Assembly (NCBI GenBank): GCA_016871715.1
Contig: VHCO01000002.1
Span: forward strand, 13,771-77,770
DNA from: Verrucomicrobiota bacterium
Lineage (GTDB): Bacteria; Verrucomicrobiota; Verrucomicrobiia; Limisphaerales; J093
Length of the DNA stretch: 64,000 bases
Reading direction: 5' to 3'
A program made the translations under genes and the position numbers. This document shows positions 47,041 to 57,400 of this stretch, one piece after another (position 1 is the first letter of the stretch; every line of letters begins with the position of its first letter). Below the pieces are notes generated by a model, which was given only the letters and a program-made list of their open reading frames with translations, did no database searches and had not been told where the DNA came from.

Positions 47041-49524
47041 CGACGCATCGGTCCAGACCCACGAACCCTCCGGGGTCGAGTTGGTGTATCGGGCTGTCCA
47101 GGTCAGGAGGTTGGTCGAGCTCTGGATGACATAGGAGCGGCCCGGGTAGCCCTGCAACAGGAGCTGGGGCTGGTCCGGGACGGGCAACCCGATGGAAAGG
47201 GTCGGAGCGAGGTCTTGGTCGGTCAGCGGCAAGTACAGATTGTCGAGGAAGGCAGCATCCAGGCCACGGCTGAAGTTGGCGTCCTTGACGTAACGCCACT
47301 GCAGTTGGTGGCGGCCGGCGTCGACGGCGAACTGGTACTTCTGCCAGTTGACCTCGCCGGTCCAGTGCTTTTGCAGGACCCCATCCAGGTGGAACTCGAG
47401 GATGTCCCAGCCCTCTTCGGAGCTGACCCGGACCTCGAAGGCGGCCGTTCCGGCGACGAGGTTGACATCGAGGGTCAGGACACTGACGCCGTCGTTGCCG
47501 ATGACGCCTGAGCGGAGGGCATAACGGCCGGCGTAGACGACATCCGACTGGACGTACCAAGGCGCGGTTCCAGCGCTGCCATACTTGAGCTTCGGGGCCA
47601 ACCCGCCGGTTTCGTAACCGTCCGTGTAGGCGCTCACCAAGAAACTGGCTTGGAGCGTGTAGTTTTGGGTCATGACCAGGAACAGCGGATTCTGGGCGGT
47701 GGTCGCACTGCCCTGCCAGCCGGTGAACCGGAAGTCGCGCGTGGGCACGGCGGTGACGGTCACATTCGATCCCTCCGGGAACAGGCCGGAAGGCGGGGTG
47801 ACAGTTCCGCCGAGCGCGGGGAGGATGGTCAGGCTATAGAGGATCTCGGTGGTGGTGAAGGTGTGCCCGAGTTGGAGGGTGCCAGTCTCGCCGCCGAAGC
47901 CATCGACGGCGACCCGGACGAGTTGGGCGCGCGCGAGGGCGACGGTGAGTTCGCTGTACCGGCTGCCGGGGGCGGCGTCGTCGTTGGCGGCGACCAGGAC
48001 CAGGTTGGTGAGGTTGTCGCCTAAGTAAACGGCCAGGAGGGTGTCAAAGGTCGAGTTGGCCGTGGTCAACCGCAAGGTGCCGCTGGCTGGGGCGAGGAAC
48101 CAATACCAGACCGAGTGTCCGCCCTCGTTACCGGCGTGGAACGGTTCGCCGGGTTCTTTGGTGGCGCGGCCGTTGTGGGTGCTGGCGGTACCGGCCAAGT
48201 CCACCAGTTCGATGGCCTCGGCGAAGTGGTCGTTGAGGGGGCTGACATAGCGCAACACGACGATGAACGGTCGGCTGACGTTGCCGGCCACGTCGCGGGC
48301 GACCGCGCGAACGACGTTGGTGCCGATCGGCAAGTCGAGGGTGGCGGTCCAGGCGGCGGTGCCGCCGACGGGGGTGGGTGGGTCATCGTTGAGTTGGATG
48401 GTGACCTGCTCGACGCCGGTGGGGTAGGGGCCGAGGTCTTTGGCGGTGCCGGTGAAGGTGATGAGGTTAGTGGTGACGAGGGATTGGCTAGCGGGCGTGA
48501 TGACGATGACCAGGGGCGGCTCGGTATCGGGCACCCCGCCGGGGATGATGCGGAGGTTGATGTCGCCCATGCCGCTCGAGTCGTAGCCGGCCACGGCAAT
48601 GCGATAGGTGACCCCGGCGAGGGCGTCGAACAGGACGTTGGCCTTGAGGTTATTGGGGACGTCGTTGGTGGAGGCGGCAACCTGTTTGAGCGTGGCGAGG
48701 GTCGAGCCGGTGTAGACGGCCAAGACGGGCTGGAACGAGCTGCCGGCGGTGTCCATCAACACGCGGGTGTTGTTGGTGGGCGACCAGGTCCACCACACCG
48801 ACGCCGCCACGGCCGGGTTGGCGCCGTGGAAGGGCTCGGCCGGTTCGATGGTGGCGAGTCGGTTGTTGCCGGTCACTGGGCCGCCGGCCGGGTTGAGCTT
48901 GAACGCATTGGTGAAATGGTCGTTGGCGGGCCGCCCGGCGGTGAGGTAGGTGGTGGTGAAGCTGTTGGTCAGGGTCGCGGTGGGGTCCAACTGACCGGAC
49001 GCGTTGGTGACGGACAAGTCATCGCCTACGACGGTGAAGCGGACGACGAAGTTGGTGGGCACGGGCAGTGCGGGAACGAGCAGGTCGGCGCTGTAGGTGG
49101 CGTCGGCGGGGGCGGCGTCGGGGGGCGCACCGTCATCCAGCATGGGTGTCGAGGTCGAGCTGAGGGTCATGGTGACCGCGACGTTCGTGAACAGGTTGAG
49201 GTTGGCGATGGTGAGAAACACGGCGTTCACCGTTTGGGTCACCATGAGGGTATTGGCCGGTGGCAGGATGCGGACCTGGAACGTGTTCGTCGAGCCCTGC
49301 CCCCACAACGCGCTGCAGAGCGAGCCGAACGCGGCCAAGGCCAGCGCAGGCCGCAGGCACCGGCCGAGCGCGCGGCGAGCGGGGAACCGCGTTAAGGCGG
49401 GGCCGAGCGCCGCGGTTGCTGGGGCGCGCCGCGAGGGGAGGATTGGGCGGGGGAGATTGGGGCCGGGTGGAGGGGTAGTGAGAGGCAACATAAGCCACGT
49501 GCCTTCCGGAAGGGGGTTACTCAT
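46996..49524 (-). CDS. Secreted modular protein (PPC-like x2, Ig-like, B-repeat-like, jelly-roll, C-terminal domain) without a catalytic head
   Basis: NDHF..A..L...N..AT.EP.EP.H...SVW..W..P repeats and an LDDG..D...D..YS motif; paralogous to the C-terminal half of the M36 protein. Start uncertain. Confidence 0.8.
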   Translation of the reverse strand: MSNPLPEGTWLMLPLTTPPPGPNLPRPILPSRRAPATAALGPALTRFPARRALGRCLRPALALAAFGSLCSALWGQGSTNTFQVRILPPANTLMVTQTVNAVFLTIANLNLFTNVAVTMTLSSTSTPMLDDGAPPDAAPADATYSADLLVPALPVPTNFVVRFTVVGDDLSVTNASGQLDPTATLTNSFTTTYLTAGRPANDHFTNAFKLNPAGGPVTGNNRLATIEPAEPFHGANPAVAASVWWTWSPTNNTRVLMDTAGSSFQPVLAVYTGSTLATLKQVAASTNDVPNNLKANVLFDALAGVTYRIAVAGYDSSGMGDINLRIIPGGVPDTEPPLVIVITPASQSLVTTNLITFTGTAKDLGPYPTGVEQVTIQLNDDPPTPVGGTAAWTATLDLPIGTNVVRAVARDVAGNVSRPFIVVLRYVSPLNDHFAEAIELVDLAGTASTHNGRATKEPGEPFHAGNEGGHSVWYWFLAPASGTLRLTTANSTFDTLLAVYLGDNLTNLVLVAANDDAAPGSRYSELTVALARAQLVRVAVDGFGGETGTLQLGHTFTTTEILYSLTILPALGGTVTPPSGLFPEGSNVTVTAVPTRDFRFTGWQGSATTAQNPLFLVMTQNYTLQASFLVSAYTDGYETGGLAPKLKYGSAGTAPWYVQSDVVYAGRYALRSGVIGNDGVSVLTLDVNLVAGTAAFEVRVSSEEGWDILEFHLDGVLQKHWTGEVNWQKYQFAVDAGRHQLQWRYVKDANFSRGLDAAFLDNLYLPLTDQDLAPTLSIGLPVPDQPQLLLQGYPGRSYVIQSSTNLLTWTARYTNSTPEGSWVWTDASAATLPVRLYRALLR

Positions 49525-49551
49525 GAGTCACTGAGATGGACTGCAAGTGGG

Positions 49552-49640
49552 CGGTAGGGCGCGCATTCCTTTCCTCTGCGCGCCGCGGCTTCCTGTGCCC
49601 CCAGCGGTCTGCGGCGCGCAGAGGACGGCGCGCCCTACCG
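49552..49640. repeat. GTAG-type REP doublet / long palindrome
   Basis: Outer arms CGGTAGGGCGCGC (49552-49564) / GCGCGCCCTACCG (49628-49640); inner perfect 15-bp arms TCCTCTGCGCGCCGC (49572-49586) / GCGGCGCGCAGAGGA (49611-49625). Confidence 0.8.
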
Positions 49641-49668
49641 GCAATTGGTCGTCTATCCCGAGCTTTCA

Positions 49669-52600
49669 TCAGTATGGCCAGGGCACATACCGCGCCCGGT
49701 AGAATCGCCAGTTGAAGTTGGGGGTGAACGGATCGACAAACTCGACCCGCGACCCGGTGAAAGCCAGGACGGCGACGGGCGCCCAATCGACGAGGTTCGT
49801 CGAGGCCTCGAGTTGCGCCTGGCCGCCAGGCTCGCCTTCGAGCTCGAGCCGGAACCGATCGGCAGTCCAGACCGGGGCGGCGCCCCAGCGCAACGGCGCG
49901 GGAGGTTCGACTTGGATGGGGACCGGGGCGGAGGCGCGTTGGGCGCCGCGATCGTCGGTGGCCTGGGCGGAGAAGGTATAGCTGCCAGCCAGCAGGTTAG
50001 TCAACCGCAGGGAGAACGGCGGGGCGGTCACTGAGCCGAGCAGGTTCGTGCCCGACAAGAAATCCACTTGGGCGATGGCGCCGTCGGCGTCGAAGACCTC
50101 GGCGACCAGCGAGAGCTCCAGGGGGACGAAGTAGGCGGCGCCTGGGGTGGGGCTGAGGAGGCGGACCATGGGTGGTTGGTTGGTGTTGACCACGATGACC
50201 ACGCTGCTGGAGGTGTTGGTGGCGCCGTCATTATCGACGGCTTGGGCGCTGAGCGAGTAGATCCCGGGCGGCACGTTGGTCCAGCGCAGGGCATAAGGGG
50301 CGTTGGTCAAGGTCCCGAGTCGGTTGGTGCCGGAGAGAAAACTCAGTTGCGCCACGGTCCCGTCGCTGTCGTAGGCTTCAGCGACCAACTCGACCTCGAC
50401 GGGGGCGACGAAGGTCGCGCCGAGGCTAGGCCGGGTGAGACTAACCAGCGGCGGCACGTTCGAGAAGGTCCAGCGGCCGAAGTGCAAGGAGGGCTGTTTG
50501 CCAGCGCTAGTGAACGACCCGCCCACCAACACTTCTCGCCCGCGCACGGTCAGGGCCGCGACCGGTCCGTCCAAGCCACTGCCGAGCACGGCCCACGTGC
50601 TGCCGTCCCAGGAGGCGACGCGATTGGCCGGCAAGCCGCCGGCCGTGGTGAATTCGCCCGCCACATAAAGTGTGCCGCTTGGGTTGACGGCCAGGGCATT
50701 GACAACGACGCTGGGGCCTCCCAAACCGCCGCCCAATGCCCACCATCGACCCCCATCGTACCGTGCCAGATGCGGGATCTGGGCGCTGCCACCTGCGGCG
50801 GTGAAGTCTCCACCCACAAACAGCTCCGGGCCGCGGGTGGCGATCGCCCAGACGCTGCCACTGACACCCGCGCCTACGCTGGCCCACCGCGATCCGTCCC
50901 AGACGGCGATGCGGTTGGCCAGAACCCCGCCGGCCTGGGTGAAATCGCCCCCGGCATAGACGCGGCCATCCGGCGCCACCGCCAGGGCAAAGACCCGGCC
51001 ATTCACCCCGCTATCCAGGCGCGACCAGCTCTGGCCGTCCCAGCGGGCGACCGCATTGGCGCTGAACCCGCCCGCGCGGGTGAACTCGCCTCCGGCAAAT
51101 AGCTCCTCTCCACGGAGGGCGAGGGCGCGGGCTCGGCCGTCCAACCCCAGGCCGAGGGCGGACCATTTGTTGCCGTCCCAGCGGGCCACGCGGAAGGCCG
51201 TCACGCCGCCGGCGACGGTGAACTCACCGCCGGCGAAGAGTTCGCCCCGGGCGTTGACGGCGAGGGCGTGGACGTTGCTGTTAACGCCGGCGCCGAGGGT
51301 GGCCCAGCCGCTGTCGTCCCAACGGGCGACGTTGGACACGGCCAGGCCGCCGGCGTAGAGGAGCGAACCGCCCGCGTACACGGCGCGGTCGGTGCTGGCG
51401 AGGGCGGCGATGGTGCCGACGATACCCCGACCCACAATGCCGTTGCCGAGGGCTTCCCAGTGGCTGGGGGTAAAGCGGGCCAAGTTTTGGACTTGATTCG
51501 AGGCGCTCGAGGCGCGGAACAGGCCGGCGACGTAGATGGGGTTACCCGGGCCGGCCAACGCGAAGAGGTTCCCCGCCGGGCCGCTGTTGGTGCTCTCGTT
51601 CAGCGAGACCCACGCGGCCACTTCCTGGTGCCAGCGAGCGAAGTTCAGCACCCCGATACCGCCGGCGCGAGTGAAGGAGCCTCCGGCATAGACCTCGGTG
51701 CCTTGGACCAGCAGCGATCTGACGGTGCCATTGACACCACTGCCGAGCACCTGCCACCGGGCGCCATCCCAGCGGGCGATGTTGTTGGCGCCGTTGATGA
51801 CCCCCACTTCCGACGCTTCGCCGCCCACGTACAGATCTCCGTTTTGGGCCAGGGCGATCGCCTGCACGGGTTTGCCCACTCCACCGGCCAGGTTGCTCCA
51901 GCGGGCGCCGCTCCACACCGCCACGTTCAGAGCGGCGACACCCCCCGCGTTCGTGAACGCGCCGCCCGCGTAAACCTGGCTGCCTTGCACGGCGATCGCC
52001 TGGACCGGCCCTTCGACACCCGCACCCAACGGGGACCAGGCGTGGCCATCCCATTTGGCAATGTTCCGCGCGTTCACCGAGCCGGCTTGGCTGAAGCTGC
52101 CGCCCACATAAAGGTCGTTGCCGTCGACGCCGAGCGCGAGGGCGGGGCCATCGAGCCCGCCAGCCACTGCCGACCAGTTCGTGCCGTTCCAGCGGGCGAG
52201 GTAACGCGCGCTGATGCCCCCCGCGGTTGCGAAGTTGCCCGCGACAAAGACGTCGTCGCTGCGGATAGCCACCGCCGCGGCCACGCCGCCCACCCCCTCA
52301 CCCAACGCCGACCACTGGCGGCCGTCCCAACGCGCCACGTTCTGGGCCTGGGCGATCCCGGCGCGCGTGAAACTGCCCACCACGAATAACTCACCTCGGG
52401 CGTTGAGTGCGGCGGCGGTGGCGTAGCCGTCGAGGTCTGGGCCAATGGACTCCCAGATGCTGCCGACGTGCCAAGCGGCGATGTTCCGCGCGGCGATCGG
52501 GCCAGCGGACAGGAAATCGCCACCGGCGTAAACCCGGTTGGAGCCGGCGGCGAGGGCATGAACGACGGCGTTGGGGCCGGCGATGCCGGTGCTCAAGACC

Positions 52601-53705
52601 ATCCAGTTGGTCCCGTCCCAACGGGCGGCGTTGCGGGCCGGGGTATCGCCAATACTCGAGAACTGACCGCCTACGTAGACCGAATTGCCGCTGAGCGCGA
52701 TGGCGCGGATGACCGGGACCTCATCGCTCACCGCGACGCCCAGGCCCGTCCAAGAGGCCCCGTTCCAGAGCGCAATGCTCTTCGCCTCGGAACCGCCGAC
52801 GGTCGGGAACGAACCGCCCGCATAGAGGTTGGTGCCGGCAGCCGCCAGGGCATGAACCTCGCCGTCCACACCGCGTGCCAGGCTACCCCAGGCGCCCCCT
52901 TCCCACTTGGCCACACTGCGCGCGGCCAGGCCGCCGGCCTGGGTGAAGTTGCCCCCGGCAAAGACGATGTTGGTCCCCGCCACGCAAATGGCCCGGACGG
53001 GTCCATTGATCCCGTCGCCCATCGGCGTCCAGGCCGCTCCGTCCCATTGGGCTATGTTTTGCGTGTTGGTATCGCTGGCATTGGCGAACTGGCCGCCCGC
53101 ATACACCTTCCCCCCCCCCCACCCAAGGCATATACGGGGCCGTCGACGCCCGTGTCGAGCCCGGTCCAGCGGACACCGTTCCACTTGGCGATGTTGGTGG
53201 CGGCCACACCGCTAGCCCGGACGAACTCGCCTCCGGCGATCAGGTTGGTCCCCTCGAGTGCCAGCGCGTACACCGGTCCGGCCGTCCCGCTGCTCAACGC
53301 CGCCCACCGGTTGCCGTCCCACACCGCCACGTTGTTCACGTCCAACCCGCCGATCGAGACGAACTCCCCGCCTACCCAGACATTGGTGCCGTCGCTGGCC
53401 AAGGCGTACACCGCCCCGTCGACAGCCGAACCGCCGAACCGCGGGTCCCAGCTTCCCTTGGGCGAGCTGCCCACCGAACTCAACCGCACAGACCCAGTTC
53501 GCCTCTCCCATGCAGCAGGGGCGGCCTGCAATTCGAGTTGCACCACGTCGGGCAGGGGCACCGACAGCGTCGCGGGCCCACCTCGCCCCGGCTCGGCCAT
53601 CTCCGAGGTCACTGCCACCGGAAGGGACGCCAATTCTCCAGCCACAGCCGACCCCACAGCCGCCAAGACAAGCCCGCGCCCGATTCGGCGCCGGGCATTC
53701 TCCAT
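49669..53705 (-). pseudogene. Secreted multi-beta-propeller (WDG-repeat) protein with two Ig-like domains and C-terminal domain, split by a frameshift at a G11 tract
   Basis: ORFs 53052-54134 and 49669-53184 carry the same ~50-aa repeat and join at the G run (53110-53120). Adding one base gives ~1345 aa from MENARR (53705). Either phase variation or a sequencing error. Confidence 0.8.
53110..53120 (-). repeat. Poly-G (G11) tract at the frameshift
   Basis: 11 consecutive C on the + strand. Confidence 0.9.
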
Positions 53706-54028
53706 GAACCGGCGGTACCGCCGACTTTCCAGTCGGCCCGATGCCGGTTGGAAAACCGGCGCTGCAGGTTCATAGCCCAATGCGCATCCATCGTGTTGGA
53801 TATCAACATTCTCCTTCTCCATGGGCGCCATGGGCATCCTATCCGGGCGCACTGGAGATCGCGTCCTGGCTGGCTTAATAGGCGGTGCGAGCGCAAGAGC
53901 CAGCCGCCTCATTTCTTGGGAGAATAAGGCCATGGTTTCAGTCAATAGCAATAGCAGGATCTGTTCCCTAATCGACCCAAGGCCAGAGAAAGCGGCCTGA
54001 CGGCGGCTTCTTTGAAAACCCCATCCAA

Positions 54029-54056
54029 GTAGGGCGAGGCTCGAGCTGAGCCGCCC
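54029..54056. repeat. GTAG-type REP-like imperfect palindrome
   Basis: GTAGGGCGAGGCTCGAGCTGAGCCGCCC. Confidence 0.45.
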
Positions 54057-54436
54057 AAGTCCGTAAGACCGTTCAAGGCTGACCCCCCTGGTCTGGCCGG
54101 TGCCCCGTCGATACTTTGGCTGGGAAGCACACACCGCTGGCCGAGTTAGTCATACCTAATATATTTTGCAGCGACTTAATCTAGCCCGCCTACCAAGCAC
54201 CTTATGGGTTACCCAGCTCATGTGTGCGCTGTCGGGATTCGCCCATGCCAACAGCCTACAGGCTGGACACCGAACGGCCAAGGGACCCCATCGCCCATTA
54301 GGTGTGCATGCGCTAGCGGCCAGCATTTGGCGTACACGCCTTAGCGTGCTCGCGGTCGTGACAAGAGCCAACTGCAGCCCGCGTCCGAAGGCCTCCGAGA
54401 GCCTAAAGGCTCGACACCAAACAGTTGCCGCAACGC

Positions 54437-57400
54437 CTATCGCGGGATCGCTCGGAAGAACCGCTGCGGATCGGTCGAGGCCTGTGGATCCACGGTCAAG
54501 CGGATTTCGCCGTAGCTGGCGGCGTTAGTCGAGTAGGGGACCCAGTTGGAGCGGAGCGTGGGTGGGGAGGTCGTGGTGGTTTGGATGATGTAGACCTGGT
54601 TGGTCTTGCCTTGGACCCTCAACTCGACTTGGCCCTGGGGCCGGCGGACCAGCATGAGGCGGGCAGCACTGCTCGCATCGATCGCAGGCTGGATGGGCAG
54701 GTTGACGTTGTCGATGAACGCGGCATCGAGGCCCAGGCTATTCTGGTTGTCCTTGGTGTAGCGCCATTCGAGGGTGTGGGTGCCTGCGGCCAGGCGGAAT
54801 CCGTACGTGCCCCAAGCGATGTCGCCGGACCATTTCTGAACGAGGACACCGTCGACGAGGAAGCTGAGGGCATCCCAAGTGGGTTCCGAGCTGAGGCGCA
54901 GGTCGAACGAGGCGTCCCCGCCGTAGAAGGCAGCAGTCAAGGAAAGCGAACTGGTCTGGGCGTGAGTGATGGCGCCGGACCGCGCGGAGAATTTACCGGC
55001 GGCGGCGGTCGAGTCCGTGACCGTCCAGCCTTTGGCGCCGGCACCGATCCAGGCGAGCTTCGAGAGGTTGCCGGTCTCGAAGTCGTCGGCGTAGAAGCGC
55101 GGGCGGAAGACAGCTCGGACGGTCAGGTTGCGGCGCACGGCAAAGGCGACTGGGTTCGAGGGCGAGATGACATCGCCTTCCCAACCGGCGAACTCGAAGT
55201 GGGCGTCGGGGAGGGCGGTGAGAGTCTCGGTCGAGTCGGCCGGGACGGGGTAGGCGCCCGGGGTACGTTCCCTGATGCGGCCGCCGGCGCTTTGTTCGAC
55301 GGTGAGGACATAGACCTTCATGGGGGTGAAGGTATAGGCCAACTGGATCACGCCGCTGGCGGCGTTGAAGCCATCGATGGCAATGTAGTATTGCTGGCCC
55401 GCGCGGACGGCGAATTGGCTCTTGCTGAAGCGGGAGCCGTCGAAGGCGTCATCGTTGGCGGCGATGGTGGTGAGTTGATCGACCCGGGTGCCGGTGTAGA
55501 CGCCCAAGAGGGTGTCGAAGGAGCTGTTCTCCGTGCTGACCAACAAGGTGCCGTCGGCGGCGGCCCGCCACCAGTACCAGACCGAGCGCCCACCTGGGTT
55601 GTCGGCATGTTCCGGCTCGCCGACCTCCTTGGTGGCCTCGAGGTTATTAACGGAGACGCTGCCCGAGTCGCCGACGAGTTCGGTGGCGAGGGCGAACTGG
55701 TCGTTGGGGACGGGCAGACGGCGGTAAGTGACGGTGATCTGGACGGGGTCAGAAGTATTGCCGACGCCGTCGGTGGCCGTGACGGTAATGGTGTTGCGGC
55801 CGGTGGTGAGGGCAAGCCGGTTGGTCGTGCCCGTGGCCGACGGGACCACGCTCATCACGGCGCCGAACTGACGAGGGCTGACGCCAAAGTTGATGCGGTC
55901 GACGCCGCTGCTGCCGGGCTCGGGATCGACGGCTGAGGCGACGACGTCGACGGTATTCTGGTTAATGATCAGGCCATTGACGGGCTGGCTGACGGTCAGC
56001 AACGGCGCGGTCAGGTCCGGGTTCGCCCCGGGGAGGATGCGCAGGGCGATCTGGCCGGTGGCGTTGGTACTCGAGCCGGCGACGGCCACGTAATAGGTCT
56101 CGCCCTTCTTGGCGGTGAATTGGACATAGCTCTGGCGGTTCTGCGGCGACGTTTGCGCCGAACCGACTTCCTTCAGGCTGGTCAGGTTGGTCCCGGTGTA
56201 AACGCCCAGTACGGTGCTGAACTTGCTGCCGCCGGTATCCACGAGGGCGGGGGTATTGCTGGTGGGAGTCCAGGCCCACCACAAGGAAGAGCCCGCGGTC
56301 GCCACGTTCGCATGGCGCGGTTCGGCGGGCTCGAGGTTGGGGTCGGCGTAGCGGTTGTTACTAGCGATGAACGATCCTTCCGCCTTCACTTTGGTGGCGT
56401 TGGCGAAGAGGTCGTTGGGCGGGCGCGTGGCGACGAAGTAATTGACGGTGTTGGTGCTGGGGATTTTGCCTGGCGCCGTGATGGCCACGGTGATGGTCAG
56501 GTTGGTGGCCGTTAGGGCGGGCGTGACTTCAGCGCTGTAGATCGAGTCGCCGGCCCGGGCGTCGGGGAACACACCGGCGTTGGCGTAAGCGATGGGCAGG
56601 ACGCCATCGACGGTGCCCCGCACGGTGGCGTTGGTGACCCCAGCGCCATCGCGGACGCGGACGAAGACGGGCGCGGTCACACCGGCTTGGAGGGTCGAGT
56701 TGTTGGACGGGATGAAACTGATCTCGAAGATGCCGTCCGGAGGCGCGATGACGACGTCGTCGGGCACGTCGAAGGCCTCGACCACACCGATGGTGGTGTC
56801 GGACGGGGGCGCCTTGGCGCTAAAGCCCATGCCGCGCTTGGCGAACCCGAGCCAGATTTCGTTGCGGTTGGCGCCGCCGTAGGCGATCTGGTCGGCCAAA
56901 AGGATGCCATCGCGCGCCTCGAGGAAGGTGGGGTTAGGCGGGCAAAGCTTCATGCCATCGGTCACTAACTGGAGGGCGGTGTGATTGCCTTCATCCCAGC
57001 CGAGGGTGTCGACCAGATTAGCTCGCACTTCCCACAGGGCCACACACCAGACTTCGCCTTGGTTGTGGACCTCCTCGGGGGCGACACCGAACGCCTCGAG
57101 CCAGGGGCTGATGGGAATGCCCAGGTGCGGGTCAGCGCGGGTGGGATCGATGTCTTTGAACGTGAGCGGATTCTTCATCATGTCCGTCGAGTACGGGTAC
57201 CGGCGGATGCCGAAGTAGTAATTCTCCGTCATGTCGAAGAACATGAAGGTAGCGTAGCCGCCGACGGCGTAGCAGGCGTGCGGATCGTCGGTCGTCTCGC
57301 TGAGGATGCACAAGGGGTAGAAATCCGACCAGCCTTCGCCCATGCCGGCGGTCTGCAACGCGTAGATGCCGACGCCGCCGCCGACCAACCGGTCCGATAA

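Noticed and set aside
53706-54134. N-terminal 143 aa of ORF 53052-54134
   Set aside because: Lower-GC, rare-codon sequence with no protein-like features. The signal-peptide-like segment starts at MENARR (53705).
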